Below, piece after piece: positions 20,805-30,330 of a DNA stretch of 64,000 bases (the stretch's first letter is position 1; every line of letters begins with the position of its first letter). This stretch comes from an uncultured Candidatus Rokubacteria bacterium. Its GTDB lineage: Bacteria; Methylomirabilota; Methylomirabilia; Rokubacteriales; CSP1-6. The notes below the pieces were generated by a model, which ran no database searches, was not told the DNA's origin, and saw only the letters and a list, made by a program, of their open reading frames with translations. Made by a program: the position numbers and the translations under genes. The stretch covers positions 384,001 through 448,000 of the forward strand of contig CAVWWD010000003.1 of NCBI GenBank assembly GCA_963758635.1. Direction: 5' to 3'.

Positions 20805-21790
20805 TCGATGACCTGGTCCGCCCGAGCCAGTAGCGACGGCGGGATGGTCAGGCCGAGCGCCTTCGCGGTCTTGAGGTTGATCACCAGCTCGAACTTCGTG
20901 GGCTGTTCGATAGGGAGGTCACCGGGCTTGGAGCCTTTGAGAATCTTGTTCACGTAGGTGGCGGCATGCCGGAACAGAGCCGAAGTGTTCAAGCCATAGA
21001 CGATAAGGCCCCCGACTTCGACAAACTCCCTCCCTCCGTATATGGCGGGTAGCCGGTTCTTGGCCGCCAGGCCCACGAGTCGTCTTCGCTCACCGAAGAA
21101 CATGGAGCTAGGCACCACAGTGAGAGCACCCGCGCGCGCCTTGGTCATTTCCGAGAAGGCCCTGTCGAGATCCGCGGGACCTCGCGCCTCGACGAATTGA
21201 ACCCGCACCCCTAGCGCGCGTGCCGCGACTTCTACCCCGTTCAGCATGTCCTTTTCCGCGCGTTCTTCGCCGTAGCCGCCTGGCTGCCACAGGACAGCGA
21301 CCCGACTGACCCCCTGAACGGCCAGCTTGAGCAGTTCCAGACGCTTGCCGACTAGCCCCTCCTGGGTGAACACGGCCACCCCGGTGACATTGCCGCCCGG
21401 CCGCGCAAGGCTGGTCACGAGCCCGCTAGAAACCGGCTCGGCCGCAGCGAAGACAATGGGAAGAATCCTGGTCGCTTGCTTGGCGGCCAGGGCATGGAGT
21501 GTGCCTCCGGCCAGGATGACATCAACCTTGAGCGCAACCAGTTCGGCCGCAAGAGCGGGGAGCCGCTCGGGCTTACCCTCGGCATCTCGGTATTGGATGA
21601 CGACGTTGCGACCCTCGACGTAACCGAGGTCACGTAGTCCTTGGAGGAAGGCCTCTCGGGTGCCGAGGGAAGTTGCCCCGTCGAGCGACAGGTAGCCTAT
21701 TCGAGCGATCTTGTCCGCTGGCTGCGCCTCGGCGGTGAGCGGCACGGCGAGGAGGGCGAGCGTGCCGAGGAAGGCGCGGCGGTCGATCAC
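20801..21790 (-). CDS. ABC substrate-binding protein, paralog 5
   Basis: Intact 329 aa with family motifs. Confidence 0.9.
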   Translation of the reverse strand: MIDRRAFLGTLALLAVPLTAEAQPADKIARIGYLSLDGATSLGTREAFLQGLRDLGYVEGRNVVIQYRDAEGKPERLPALAAELVALKVDVILAGGTLHALAAKQATRILPIVFAAAEPVSSGLVTSLARPGGNVTGVAVFTQEGLVGKRLELLKLAVQGVSRVAVLWQPGGYGEERAEKDMLNGVEVAARALGVRVQFVEARGPADLDRAFSEMTKARAGALTVVPSSMFFGERRRLVGLAAKNRLPAIYGGREFVEVGGLIVYGLNTSALFRHAATYVNKILKGSKPGDLPIEQPTKFELVINLKTAKALGLTIPPSLLARADQVIE

Positions 21791-22779
21791 TCGATCACCT
21801 GGTCCGCCCGCGCTAGCAGCGACGGCGGGATCGTGAGCCCGAGCGCCTTGGCGGTCTTCAGGTTGATCACGAGCTCGAACTTCGTGGGCTGCTCGACCGG
21901 AAGGTCGGCGGGCTTGGCGCCCTTGAGGATCCTGGTGACGAACATCGCTCCCTGTCGCCAGATCGTGATGAGGTCTGGGGCATAGGACATCAGGCCGCCG
22001 GTCTCGACAAATGCGCGGAGGGGATACATGGTGGGAAGCCGGTTTCTCACGGCCAGTTCCGCGATGCGTCGTCTTTCTGTGAACGCCAATGCGCCCCCCA
22101 CGACGAAGAGCGCACTGGCCCGCGCCTCAGTCGCCGCTCTGATGGCCCCATCGATTTCACCAGCGGCTCGAATCTCAAGCGACACCAGCTTCCAGCCCCG
22201 GGCACGGGCGGCGGCTTCAGCCGCCACTAACGAGCGGTGGCCCATTCGATCCCAGAGAACGGCTACGGGCGCTGCACCCGGGACCAGTTCCTTGAGCACC
22301 TCGAGCCGCTTTCCTGCCGTCTCGACGGTCTGAAGGCTCATCCCCGTGAAATTCCCGCCCGGTTGTCCAAGGCTTTGGACGAGACCCCCCGCCGACGGGA
22401 TCAGTGGCCGCGACCATCACGACGGGGATCGTCACCGTCGCCTGCTTGAGCGCCGCCAAGGTTGGCCCCGGCGCGACGATCACGTCGACAGGGAGACGAA
22501 CCAACTCGGCCGCCAGCCCTGGCCAATGCTCCGAACCGGTCACTGCTGCGGGGCTGGGTCACGTAGTGCTCTCCGTAGATGTAGCCGAGCTCCCGCAAGC
22601 CAACTATGAGCGCATTGATGTAGGGGGCCCGGGGCTAGGCCCGACGAAAGTGGGGGAGACGTGGTGACGCCAAAGATGAGCCCCGACGCGGGAACGCGAC
22701 GCGCAGGCTGGGCGCTCGATGCGCGGGGCATGGCGAGGGGTCCGAAAGCGAGGCTGCCGAGGAACGCGCGCCGATCCAT
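21787..22779 (-). CDS. ABC substrate-binding protein, paralog 6 (frameshifted)
   Basis: MDRRAFLG start, conserved C-terminus; core resembles paralog 2. Confidence 0.8.
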
Positions 22780-23771
22780 TACTCGATCACCTGGTCCGCC
22801 CGTGCGAGCAGCGATGGCGGGATCGTGAGGCCGAGCGCCTTGGCGGTCTTGAGGTTGATCACCAGCTCGAATTTGGTGGGTTGCTCGACAGGGAGATCGG
22901 CGGGCTTCGCGCCCTTGAGGATCTTGTCAACGTAGGTGGCGGCCCGCCGGTGGAGATCGAGAAAGCTTGGCCCGTAAGACATGAGACCCCCGTCCTCCAC
23001 ACTCTCCCTGTTGCCGTATGCTGTCGGCAGGCGGCTCCTGGCTGCGAGGTCTGCGAGCCGTGTTCGGTAGGAGCTGAATATCGCATCTGACAGTACGAGG
23101 AGGGCTCCCACGCGCTCTTTGGCCATCGCCGCGAATGCGCCGTCGAACTCGTTCGGACCTCGAGCCTTCAGGAGTTGAAGCTGCACTCCCAACGACCGCG
23201 CCGCGACGTTGACTTCTCTTATCGCGAGCTGGTGGTACGCATTGGCCGGGTTCGAGAGGATGGCCACACGGCGGATCTGGGGGACGGTCTCCTTGAGCAG
23301 CTCCAGTTGTTTGGCGACGGTTTCCAGGCCGGCGTAGCCGGACACTCCTGTGACGTTCCCGCCCGGGCGCGCGAGGCTCGCGATGAGCCCGGTGCCAACA
23401 GGATCGCGAACGGCAATCATGACGATGGGGATCGTCTCGGTGGCGTTCTTGGCTGCCGTCACTCCTTGCGTCCCGAACGATACGATGAGGTCCACTTTGA
23501 GCCGGACCACCTCGGCCGCCAAGTCGGGCAGCCGGTCGACCCGATCCTCCGCATATCGATAGTCGATGACAATATTCTGGCCCTCAACCCACCCAAGCTC
23601 GCGCAGCCTTTGCCGGAACGCGTCGAGCAGGGGCGGCCTATCGGAAGGGGACGTCAAACTAAGAAAACCTATCCGAGGCACCTTTCCCGCCTGCTGCGCG
23701 TCGGCGGCGAGCGGGGCGGCGAGGAGACTCACGGCGAGGACAGCGACGAGTGCGACACCCCTGATCATCAT
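22779..23771 (-). CDS. ABC substrate-binding protein, paralog 7
   Basis: Intact 330 aa with family motifs. Confidence 0.9.
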   Translation of the reverse strand: MMIRGVALVAVLAVSLLAAPLAADAQQAGKVPRIGFLSLTSPSDRPPLLDAFRQRLRELGWVEGQNIVIDYRYAEDRVDRLPDLAAEVVRLKVDLIVSFGTQGVTAAKNATETIPIVMIAVRDPVGTGLIASLARPGGNVTGVSGYAGLETVAKQLELLKETVPQIRRVAILSNPANAYHQLAIREVNVAARSLGVQLQLLKARGPNEFDGAFAAMAKERVGALLVLSDAIFSSYRTRLADLAARSRLPTAYGNRESVEDGGLMSYGPSFLDLHRRAATYVDKILKGAKPADLPVEQPTKFELVINLKTAKALGLTIPPSLLARADQVIE

Positions 23772-24012
23772 GCCGCCACTGCTGTGTGCTGGTTCAACAC
23801 CGCACCGATCTTCTGCCAGCCGTCGATCTTGCGCAACTTGATCTGCCCACTCGCCACGAGGCTGAAGAGCAGGACGAGTGCAGCGTCCTCGGTGGGCAGC
23901 GAGCCTTGCGTCTTCACCCGTCGTCGAAACTCCTCGTGGAGCCGCTCAATCGTGTTCGTGGTTCGTAGCGTTTTCCACTGCGTTTTGGGGAAGCGAAAGA
24001 ACGTGAGGAGCG
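23768..24012 (-). mobile_element. IS256-family transposase 3' remnant
   Basis: LLTFFRFPKTQWKTLRTTNTIERLHEEFRRRVK. Confidence 0.8.
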
Positions 24013-24340
24013 GAGCCCTCGGGTCGTCAGCCTCCGCCGAGTGGGGTCCGTCGTCCCGCTCTACGGCCCACAATCGCGTTGAGGAGGGCCGCCAGGCGCA
24101 CTGTGGCCTTGAGGAGCTGGGCGCGGGCCTCCCGACGTGATTGGCTACGTACGCGTTCTTCGTCGGAGCGGTGATGCGGGCCAGCACCGACTCCTCCTCG
24201 CCATGGGTATCTCAGGGGGCGAGACGCGGAGACAAGGGCGCGCTGCCGGAGGGAGACCTCGCGCGCGCCAGGACGAACGCCGGGCCGCGCAGGTTTTCAA
24301 CGCTGAGGGGGTGGGTTCGGCGAGGACGGCTCTTGGCGAC

Positions 24341-24441
24341 CAGGCATGCCGAGAGCGGGCCAGCCACGCCTGCCGTGAGCCTCTGGAGCCTCAGGGAGCG
24401 GCTCGGTGCGTTGGAGGCTGAAGACGACGGCGGTGAGGGGC
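24341..24441 (+). repeat. ~100-bp imperfect direct repeat, duplicate of DUF5681-like gene 3' end
   Basis: CAGGCATGCC...CTGGAGCCTCAGGGAGCGGCTCGGTGC...TGAAGACGA also at 28061-28161. Confidence 0.85.
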
Positions 24442-24560
24442 GGGGGGCGCGCGGCGGGCATGGACAGGTCACCTCGTGTCCTTGACCCCGAGAGAGCCGG
24501 GCAGCTAGTCTCTGTTCACCGTTCCGACCCTCACCGACGAGGCTGCTGGGAGGCCCCGGC

Positions 24561-27500
24561 ATGAAGTGTCCCCGGTGCCAGCACGAGAACCCGGCCACCG
24601 TGAAGTTCTGCGGCGAGTGTGGGGCGCGCCTGGATACCGCCTGCCCGGCCTGCCGGGCGCCGAACCCTCCGGCCAACAAGTTCTGCCATGAGTGCGGGGC
24701 CCCGATGGGACCGAAGCCTGCCGCTGGCCCGCTCGACCGCTCCCCGAGTCCTACACCCCGAAGCACCTCGCGGAGAAGATCCTCACCTCCAAGGCGGCCC
24801 TGGAGGGCGAGCGCAAGCAGGTGACGGTCCTCTTCGCGGACCTCAAGGGCTCGATGGAGCTGCTCGCCGACCGTGACCCCGAGGAGGCGCGTAAGATCCT
24901 CGATCCGGTGCTCGAACGGATGATGGAGGCCGTCCACCGCTACGAGGGCACGGTGAACCAGGTGATGGGCGACGGGATCATGGCGCTCTTCGGCGCGCCG
25001 CTGGCCCACGAGGACCACGCCGTGCGGGCCTGCTACGCGGCGCTCAGGATGCAGGAGAGCGTGAAGAAGTACGCGGAGGAGGTGCGACGCTCTCATGCGG
25101 CGGTGAGTCAAGATCCGCGTCGGGCTGAACTCCGGGGAGGTCGTCGTGCGCGCCATCGGCAGCGATCTGCACATGGATTACACGGCCGTTGGCCAGACGA
25201 CGCATCTCGCCGCGCGGATGGAGCAGATCGCCGATCCCGGTGCGATCGTGATCGCGCCCGAGACGCTGGCGCTGGTCGAGGGCTACGTCGAGGTGAGGTC
25301 GCTCGGACCCATCCCCGTGAAGGGCCTCTCGGACCCGATCGAGATCTTCGAGTTGACGGGGGCGGGTCAGGCCCGGACGCGGCTGCAGGCCGCGGCCCTC
25401 CGGGGCCTCACCCGCTTCGTAGGCCGCGACGCCGAGGTCGATCACCTGCGCCGTGTGCTCGGCCAGGCCGGCGCCGGCCGAGGGCAGGTGGTCGCCATCG
25501 TGGGCGAGGCCGGAGTGGGCAAGTCGCGGCTCACCTACGAGTTCACCCACTCGCATCGGGTGCAGGACTGGCTGATCCTGGAGGCGTCGTCGGTCTCCTA
25601 CGGCAAGGCCACCAGCTACCTGCCCGTGATCGACCTGCTCAAGGGCTACTTCAAGATCGGCGACCGTGACGATCACCGAGGGATGCGCGCCAAGGTGCTG
25701 GGGCGCGTGCTGGGCCTGGACCGCGCGCTCGAGCCTTTGCTGCCCCCGTTGCTCGCGCTGCTCGACGTGCCGGTCGAGGACCCGGCCTGGGAGAACCTGG
25801 ACCCGCCGCAGCGCCGGCAGCGCATGCTCGACGCGGTCAAACGCCTGCTACTGCGCGAGAGCCAGGTGCAACCGCTGCTCGTGGTCTTCGAGGACCTGCA
25901 CTGGATCGACGGCGAGACCCAGGCCCTGCTCGACAGCCTCGTGGAGAGCCTCGGTTCCGCGCGCCTGCTGCTCCTGGTGAACTACCGCCCCGAGTACGAG
26001 CACCGCTGGGGGAGCAAGACGGCGTACTCCCAGCTCCGGCTCGACACCCTGCCCGCCGAGAGCGCGGCGGAACTGCTGGCGGCGCTACTCGGGCCGGATC
26101 CCGGGGTGGCCCCTCTCACGCAGATGCTGGCGAAGCGGGGCAACCCGTTCTTCCTGGAGGAGACGGTGCGGACGCTGGTGGAGACGGGGGCGCTGGCCGG
26201 GGAACGGGGGGCGTACCGGCTGACCCGGCCGGTGGAGGCGCTGCAGGTGCCGGCGACGGTGCAAACGATCCTGGCGGCGCGGATCGACCGGCTCTCCCCG
26301 GAGGACAAGCATCTCTTGCAGGTCGCCTCGGTCGGTTGGCAAGGACGTGCCCTTCATGCTGCTGCAGGCGATCGCCGAGCTTCCGGACGAGGCGCTCCGC
26401 GGCGGCCTCGATCGACTCCAGGCCGCCGAGTTCCTCTATGAGACCGGGCTCTATCCGGATCTCGAGTACTCGTTCAAGCACGCGCTCACTCACGAGGTGG
26501 CCTATGGCGCGCTCCTCAGTGACAAGCGCCGCATCCTTCACGCACGGATCGTGACCGCGATCGAAACGTTACACCGCGAGCGCCTCGGCGAATACACCGA
26601 GCGACTCGCACATCACGCACTCCGCGGTGAATTGCGCGAGAAGGCGGTGCACTATCTGCGGCAGGCTGGACTCAAGGCATTCGAGCAGTGGGCGCTCTCC
26701 GAAGCTCGCAGACAGTTCGAGCGGGCGCTCGGCGTCCTCGAGGCACTGCCAGAGAGCCGGTCCACGCTGGAGCAAGCCTTCGACCTCCGGCTCGAGCTGC
26801 GACCGGTGCTGAACCAACTGGGCGAGATCCGGCAAGTGCTGCAGCGCCTGCAGGAGGCCGAGTCGCTGGCCGATCGGTTGAACGACGACGGCAGGCGTGG
26901 ATCCGTGTGTACGTTCATGACGGTCGTGCACCAGCAACTCGGTGAGCTGGATGAGGCGCTCGTGATCGGCACCCGCGCTCTGGACATCGCCGCGCGCCAT
27001 GGTGACCTGAGGCTCCGTATTCCCACCACAAGCGTTCTCGTAAACACCCATTACGACAGAGGCGACTACGAACGGGTCGTCCATCTCGCCACCGGAAATC
27101 TCGAGGCTCTGCCCCCCGAATGGGTCTATGAGCGTTTCGGACGCTCCGCCCCGGCATCGGTCTACGATCGTTGTTGGCTGGGCTTGAGCCTCGGCGAGCT
27201 GGGCAGATTCCCCGAAGCGACCGCGCACGAAGCGGAGGCCATCAGGCTCGCCGAGCCGACCCAGCACGCGTACACCCTCGGAACGGCATACCGCGCTGCG
27301 GGCATGCTGGAGATCCTCAAGGGAGACTGGGCTCGGGCGCGCCCACTACTGGAGCATGCGATCGCCGCGGTCCGGACCGGAAACATTGTCCTGATGCTGC
27401 CCTCGACGGTTGGTGCCTCTGCCTGGGTGCTGGCACAACTCGGCGAGCCGAGCGGAGCAGCGAGCCGGCTGGAGGAGGGGGAGCAGCTGCTTGGTCGGCA

Positions 27501-27910
27501 GGCGATCAGTGCGGGAAATCAGGGGTGGACCATGCTCTCGGTGGGACGGGCCTGTCAGCTGCTGGGCCGGCTCGAGGAGGCGCGCCGGATCGGCGAGGTA
27601 GCGGCCTCCTCGAGGGCTCGGCACGGGTTAGTGGCGCATGCCCTGAACCTGCTCGGCGACATCGCGACCCATCCGGATCTGTTCGACGCAGAGACCGGCG
27701 AGGGTCACTACCGCAAGGCGCTGGCCCTCGCCGAGCCGCTCGGCATGCGCCCCCTCGTCGCCCACTGCCACCTCGGCCTCGGCAAGCTCTTCCGGCGCAC
27801 GGGCAAGCGCGACCAGGCGCAGCGAGCATCTCACCACCGCGACGACGATGTACCGCGAGATGGGCATGACGTACTGGCTGGAGCAGGCGGAGGCGGAGAT
27901 GGGACCGTGA
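24561..27910 (+). CDS. Double zinc ribbon + class III adenylate/guanylate cyclase + AAA (STAND-like) ATPase + TPR protein (frameshifted)
   Basis: CPRC..FCGECG..CPAC..FCHECG; VTVLFADLKGS, GDGIMALFGAP; GEAGVGKS, VFEDLHW, GNPFFLEE, FKHALTHEVAY. Confidence 0.9.
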
Positions 27911-28049
27911 GCGCGAGGTTTATGGGACGGCCGTGCACCAGACGGGAGGCACCGCCGCTACCGCAACTCACTGTCGCGCGCTGTATCGTGAGCGCCCCGC
28001 CCGTCCGACGTATCCTGCCAGCCCCCTCCGCGGTCGAGCTAGGACGGCT

Positions 28050-28439
28050 CTAGAGCCGATCAGGCATGCCCAGAGCGGCCCAGCCACGCCCGCCGTGAGT
28101 CCCTGGAGCCTCAGGGAGCGGCTCGGTGCCTTGGAGCGTGAAGACGATGCTGGTGAGCGGCGCCCTGTGCTCGGCCAGCACGAGTTCCGGCGGCCCCAGC
28201 TCGCGGTTCAGCCGGGCGTAGAGCTCGAGGACGTGCACTGTGAGCTTGGGATCTTGCAGCGCCGCGCGCAGCGACGCGCGTACCTGCTCGTGCTCCCCCG
28301 CCAGGATCTCGGCGAGCAGCGTGCGGATGTGCGGGCGCGCGTCGGGGTGGCCACGGGGGCGGCCGTTCGGGTTCCCGGAGTGCCCTGGCTGCCAGCGGCC
28401 CCTGTTTTTCACCTGTTTGTCAGCCTGCTCGCTCGCCAT
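28050..28439 (-). CDS. DUF5681-like protein (possible small-terminase-like)
   Basis: RWQPGHSGNPNGRPRG motif. Confidence 0.65.
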   Translation of the reverse strand: MASEQADKQVKNRGRWQPGHSGNPNGRPRGHPDARPHIRTLLAEILAGEHEQVRASLRAALQDPKLTVHVLELYARLNRELGPPELVLAEHRAPLTSIVFTLQGTEPLPEAPGTHGGRGWAALGMPDRL

Positions 28440-28647
28440 GGTCCACGATTATGACCGCGTTCGACCGCCTCCCACGTGCAAGAACAGGTGACGAGCAGGG
28501 ACCGGAGGGCGGAATGGGCACCACCGCGCGCCCCTGCGGGCGGAAGCGGTCCGGACCGGGTATGCGCGCTGAAGGCACGGCCGAGGGGGAAATCCACCAG
28601 ATGCTCGCGTGGCTCTGGCGCTCGGCGTGCTCCTCGGCGCCCGAACT

Positions 28648-28667
28648 GGTTGCGCCTGGGTTGCGTC
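28648..28667 (+). repeat. Putative integrase arm-type site (right)
   Basis: Identical to 4160-4179. Confidence 0.75.
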
Positions 28668-28739
28668 CGCGCAGCGATCTGCAGCGTTCTGCACATTCGT
28701 GCCCGATAAGTATTCGGCGTTCTTGGGAGGGCTCGGACA

Positions 28740-28760
28740 ACGCGCGCAAGTCCACGAAGT
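28740..28760 (+). repeat. attR core ACGCGCGCAAGTCCACGAAGT
   Basis: 20/21 match to 4055-4075; TAG at 28760-28762, next gene at 28767. Confidence 0.9.
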
Positions 28761-28766
28761 AGCCCG

Positions 28767-29534
28767 GTGCCCCTCCTCGAGGTGACCGGCCTCGCCCGGT
28801 CCTTCTACGGCGTCAGCGCGCTGGCCGGCGTCGACCTCTCGGTGTCGGCGGGCACCATCACCGGCCTCATCGGCCCGAACGGGGCGGGAAGACCACACTG
28901 TTCAACGTGGTCACGGGCCTGGTGCCGCCCGGCGCGGGGCGCGTGCGCTTCGCGGGTCGCGACATCACGGGCTGGCGCGCCGATCGCGTCACCCGCGCCG
29001 GCCTCGTCCGCACCTTCCAGATCGCGCGCGGCTTCCCGCGGCTGTCCGTGCTCGAGCACCTCATGCTGTACGGCGCCGGGCAGCCCGGCGAGCGCCTGTG
29101 GCGCGCGATCGGGCGGCCCGGCCGCGGTGGCGCGCCGCGAGCGCGAGCTCGAGAGCCGCGCGTGGGCGGTGGCGAGCCGGCTGAACCTCGCGCGCGTGGC
29201 CAACGACCCTGCCGCCACGCTCTCCGGCGGCCAGAAGAAGCTCCTGGAGCTGGGCCGGGCGCTCATGACCGATCCGAAGCTGATCCTGCTCGACGAGCCC
29301 ATCGCCGGCGTGAATCCGACGCTCGCCGGGGAGATCGGCGAGCACCTGCTCGCCCTGCGCGCCGAGGGCCTCACGTTCCTGATCATCGAGCACCACCTCG
29401 ACGTGATCGCGCGCCTGTGCGCCCCCGTCATCGTGATGGCCGAGGGGCGCCGGCTCGCCGAGGGAAGCTTCGCCGCGGTGGCCGCCGATCCGCGCGTGCA
29501 GGAGGCGTACATGGGCCGGCGACGGTGGGCGTAG
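28767..29534 (+). CDS. Branched-chain-type ABC ATPase, LivG-like (frameshifted)
   Basis: GPNGAG, LSGGQ, LLDEP. Confidence 0.85.
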   Translation: MPLLEVTGLARSFYGVSALAGVDLSVSAGTITGLIGPNGAGRPHCSTWSRAWCRPARGACASRVATSRAGAPIASPAPASSAPSRSRAASRGCPCSSTSCCTAPGSPASACGARSGGPAAVARRERELESRAWAVASRLNLARVANDPAATLSGGQKKLLELGRALMTDPKLILLDEPIAGVNPTLAGEIGEHLLALRAEGLTFLIIEHHLDVIARLCAPVIVMAEGRRLAEGSFAAVAADPRVQEAYMGRRRWA

Positions 29535-29577
29535 CCGGCGCGCCCGCGAAGCGCGCCCGGCGGGCGCGGCGCTGACC

Positions 29578-30270
29578 GTGGAGGGCGTCGTCGCCGGCTA
29601 CAGCGCCACCGACGAGATCCTCAAGGGCGTCGACCTGTCCGTGTCGCCCGGCGAGGTCGTGGCCGTGATCGGCCCGAACGGCGCCGGCAAGTCGACGCTG
29701 CTCAAGGTGATCGCGGGCATCCTCCGGCCGCACCGGGGCTCGGTCCGCCTCGGCGACCGCCCGATCCACGGACGCCCCGCGCGCGAGATCAGCGCGCTGG
29801 GCCTCGCCTTCGTGCCCCAGGAGCAGAACGTCTTTCCGACCATGAGCGTGCGGGAGAACCTCGAGATGGGCGGCTACGTGGACCGGCGCGGGAGCCGCGC
29901 GCGCATCGACGCGATCCTCGCGCGCTTCCCGCAGCTCGCCGAGAAGCGCCGCCACGCCGCGCGCACGCTCTCCGGCGGCCAGCGCCAGATCCTCGCCATG
30001 GCCATGGCGCTCATGGTCGAGCCGGCGGTGCTCCTGCTCGACGAGCCCTCGGCGGGGCTGGCGCCGCAGGCGAGCGACACGCTGTTCGAGACCATCGCCG
30101 GCATCAACGCCGACGGCGTGTCGATCGTCATGGTCGAGCAGAACGCGCTCCAGGCCCTCACCATCGCCTCCCGCGGCTACATCCTGGTGGACGGCAAGAA
30201 CAGCCGGAGCGGCCCCGCCCGCGAGCTGGCCGCCGATCCCGACGTGCGCCGCATCTTCCTCGGCGGCTGA
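29578..30270 (+). CDS. ABC ATPase, LivF-like (start approximate)
   Basis: GPNGAGKST, LSGGQRQ, LDEPS, VEQN. Confidence 0.9.
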   Translation: MEGVVAGYSATDEILKGVDLSVSPGEVVAVIGPNGAGKSTLLKVIAGILRPHRGSVRLGDRPIHGRPAREISALGLAFVPQEQNVFPTMSVRENLEMGGYVDRRGSRARIDAILARFPQLAEKRRHAARTLSGGQRQILAMAMALMVEPAVLLLDEPSAGLAPQASDTLFETIAGINADGVSIVMVEQNALQALTIASRGYILVDGKNSRSGPARELAADPDVRRIFLGG

Positions 30271-30330
30271 GCGGGCGCCCGCGGGCGTGCGGCTTGCGCG
30301 CCGGCGGCGGCGGGCACTATGATCGCGCGC

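Larger units (their letters stand above)
4055..28760. mobile_element. Integrative element, phage-satellite-like, ~24.7 kb
   Basis: Terminal 21-bp direct repeats, integrase at left end, Xis/primase/helicase module, nearly all genes on minus strand, accessory cargo. Confidence 0.9.

Noticed and set aside
15273..23771. Integron or diversity-generating retroelement
   Set aside because: Genes abut with no room for attC sites; no reverse transcriptase or adenine-specific TR/VR pair seen
4055..28760. Complete prophage or ICE
   Set aside because: No capsid, portal, tail, relaxase or T4SS genes recognised
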